A stretch of DNA of 64,000 nucleotides. It comes from an uncultured delta proteobacterium (GTDB lineage Bacteria; Desulfobacterota; Desulfobacteria; Desulfobacterales; Desulfatirhabdiaceae). A model generated the notes under the pieces. It had not been told where the DNA came from. It ran no database searches and saw only the letters and a list, made by a program, of their open reading frames with translations. Below, one piece after another: positions 63,122 to 64,000 of the stretch (position 1 is the first letter of the stretch; every line of letters starts with the position of its first letter). The stretch lies in assembly GCA_963789395.1 (NCBI GenBank), contig CAWBKP010000020.1, positions 64,001 to 128,000 on the forward strand, read 5' to 3'. The translations under genes and the position numbers were made by a program.

Positions 63122-64000
63122 ATGAGACCGTATTTTGAAAAAATGGCCGATTTTGGTGCGCCCCTCAAAAAGGGTCAGATCAAAAGAGGTGAAGCGAACA
63201 AGGTGCTTCTTAAGGAAGTGGAAAAAGACATTCGGGATGCTGTTGAAGCAGTAAAGAATGCCGGTTTTCCCGAGGAGAAGATAAACGCCAGGGGAGAGAT
63301 GACCGTCTGGCAGAGACTGGACTATCTGGTTGATCCCGGCACCTGGTGCCCCCTTCACACCCTGTATAATCCGGCTGATAATGAAGAGGGTACGACAAAC
63401 GTCATTGACGGCATCGGCAAAATATCCGGAAAATGGGCCGTGATTATCGGCTTTGACAACAAGGTAATGGCCGGCGCCTGGCTTGCCGGGCAGTCGGAGA
63501 ATATTCTGCGGGTCACCGATCTGGCAAAAAGACTCAATGTCCCCCTGGTGTGGCTCGTGAACTGCTCCGGCGCCAAGCTTTCGGAACAGCATAAATTCTA
63601 TGCCAACCGGCGCGGCGCAGGCGCCCCGTTTTACAGACACGCGGAACTGAACCAGATGGGGATTCCGGTCCTTGCGGGAATATACGGCACCAACCCGGCC
63701 GGTGGCGGCTATCAGAGCATCAGCCCCACCATCCTCTTTGCCCATAAAAACTGCAACATTGCCGTCGGCGGGGCAGGCATTGTCAGCGGTATGGCCCCCA
63801 AGGGCGGATTTGATACGGCGTCTGCGGAAGAGCTGATTGAAAAGACCCGGCACTTCAAAAGCAATCCCCCGGGAACCGCCAAGATTCATTATGATGAGAC
63901 CGGTTTCTTCAGATATGTCTATGATGAGGAAAAAGGAGTCCTGGACGGCCTGAAGGAATACATGAAGGGTATTCCCGCTTTTCAACCGGAGTTCCTGCGC
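63122..64000 (+). CDS. gcdA: Glutaconyl-CoA decarboxylase alpha (carboxyltransferase) subunit; partial, absent from the ORF track
   Basis: Hand translation: MRPYFEKM..TVWQRLDYLVDPGTWCPLHTLYNP..FDNKVMAGAW..VNCSGAKL..YANRRG..GTNPAGGGY. Confidence 0.9.
   Translation, partial: MRPYFEKMADFGAPLKKGQIKRGEANKVLLKEVEKDIRDAVEAVKNAGFPEEKINARGEMTVWQRLDYLVDPGTWCPLHTLYNPADNEEGTTNVIDGIGKISGKWAVIIGFDNKVMAGAWLAGQSENILRVTDLAKRLNVPLVWLVNCSGAKLSEQHKFYANRRGAGAPFYRHAELNQMGIPVLAGIYGTNPAGGGYQSISPTILFAHKNCNIAVGGAGIVSGMAPKGGFDTASAEELIEKTRHFKSNPPGTAKIHYDETGFFRYVYDEEKGVLDGLKEYMKGIPAFQPEFLR

Noticed and set aside
1..64000. CRISPR arrays, tRNA/rRNA genes, transposases, integrases, prophage genes
   Set aside because: None recognised; intergenic repeats are palindromic REP/MITE types without spacer periodicity.

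Overview
Chromosomal segment of a sulfate-reducing Desulfobacterota bacterium, probably Desulfobacterales (inferred from gene content). Gene order: qmoB(partial)-qmoA-aprA-aprB on the minus strand; a divergent MoxR AAA+/VWA pair and a sirtuin; a heavily frameshifted recC-recB-recD; rarD; argS-SPOR and gatC-gatA-small ORF-mutL-ornithine-cyclodeaminase-like; a divergent Mla system (mlaE-F-D / mlaC-A) whose MlaF carries a degenerate GGDEF domain; aminotransferase, holA, larB; a secreted sulfatase plus HAD hydrolase; a nitrosative-stress cluster (ferritin-like, hcpR, hcp with a perfect TTGAC-N4-GTCAA box, HD protein, ferredoxin-like); a SNF2 ATPase coupled to a large unknown protein with a TFIIH p52/p8-like C-terminus; tag; and a sigma54-controlled aromatic/dicarboxylate catabolic region (kinase, Na+/solute symporter, NtrC regulator, benzoate-CoA ligase, cysteine hydrolase, activator, non-decarboxylating glutaryl-CoA dehydrogenase, Na+-pumping glutaconyl-CoA decarboxylase). 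Four sigma54 promoters and two dispersed palindromic repeat families are visible. Many genes, including essential ones (argS, qmoAB), carry single-base frameshifts, most likely long-read assembly errors, so split ORFs were rejoined by eye. The best candidates for undescribed biology are the SNF2 + p52-like pair, the MlaF-GGDEF fusion and the symporter/hydrolase/aryl-CoA ligase module. All homology calls come from motif recognition by eye; no searches were run.
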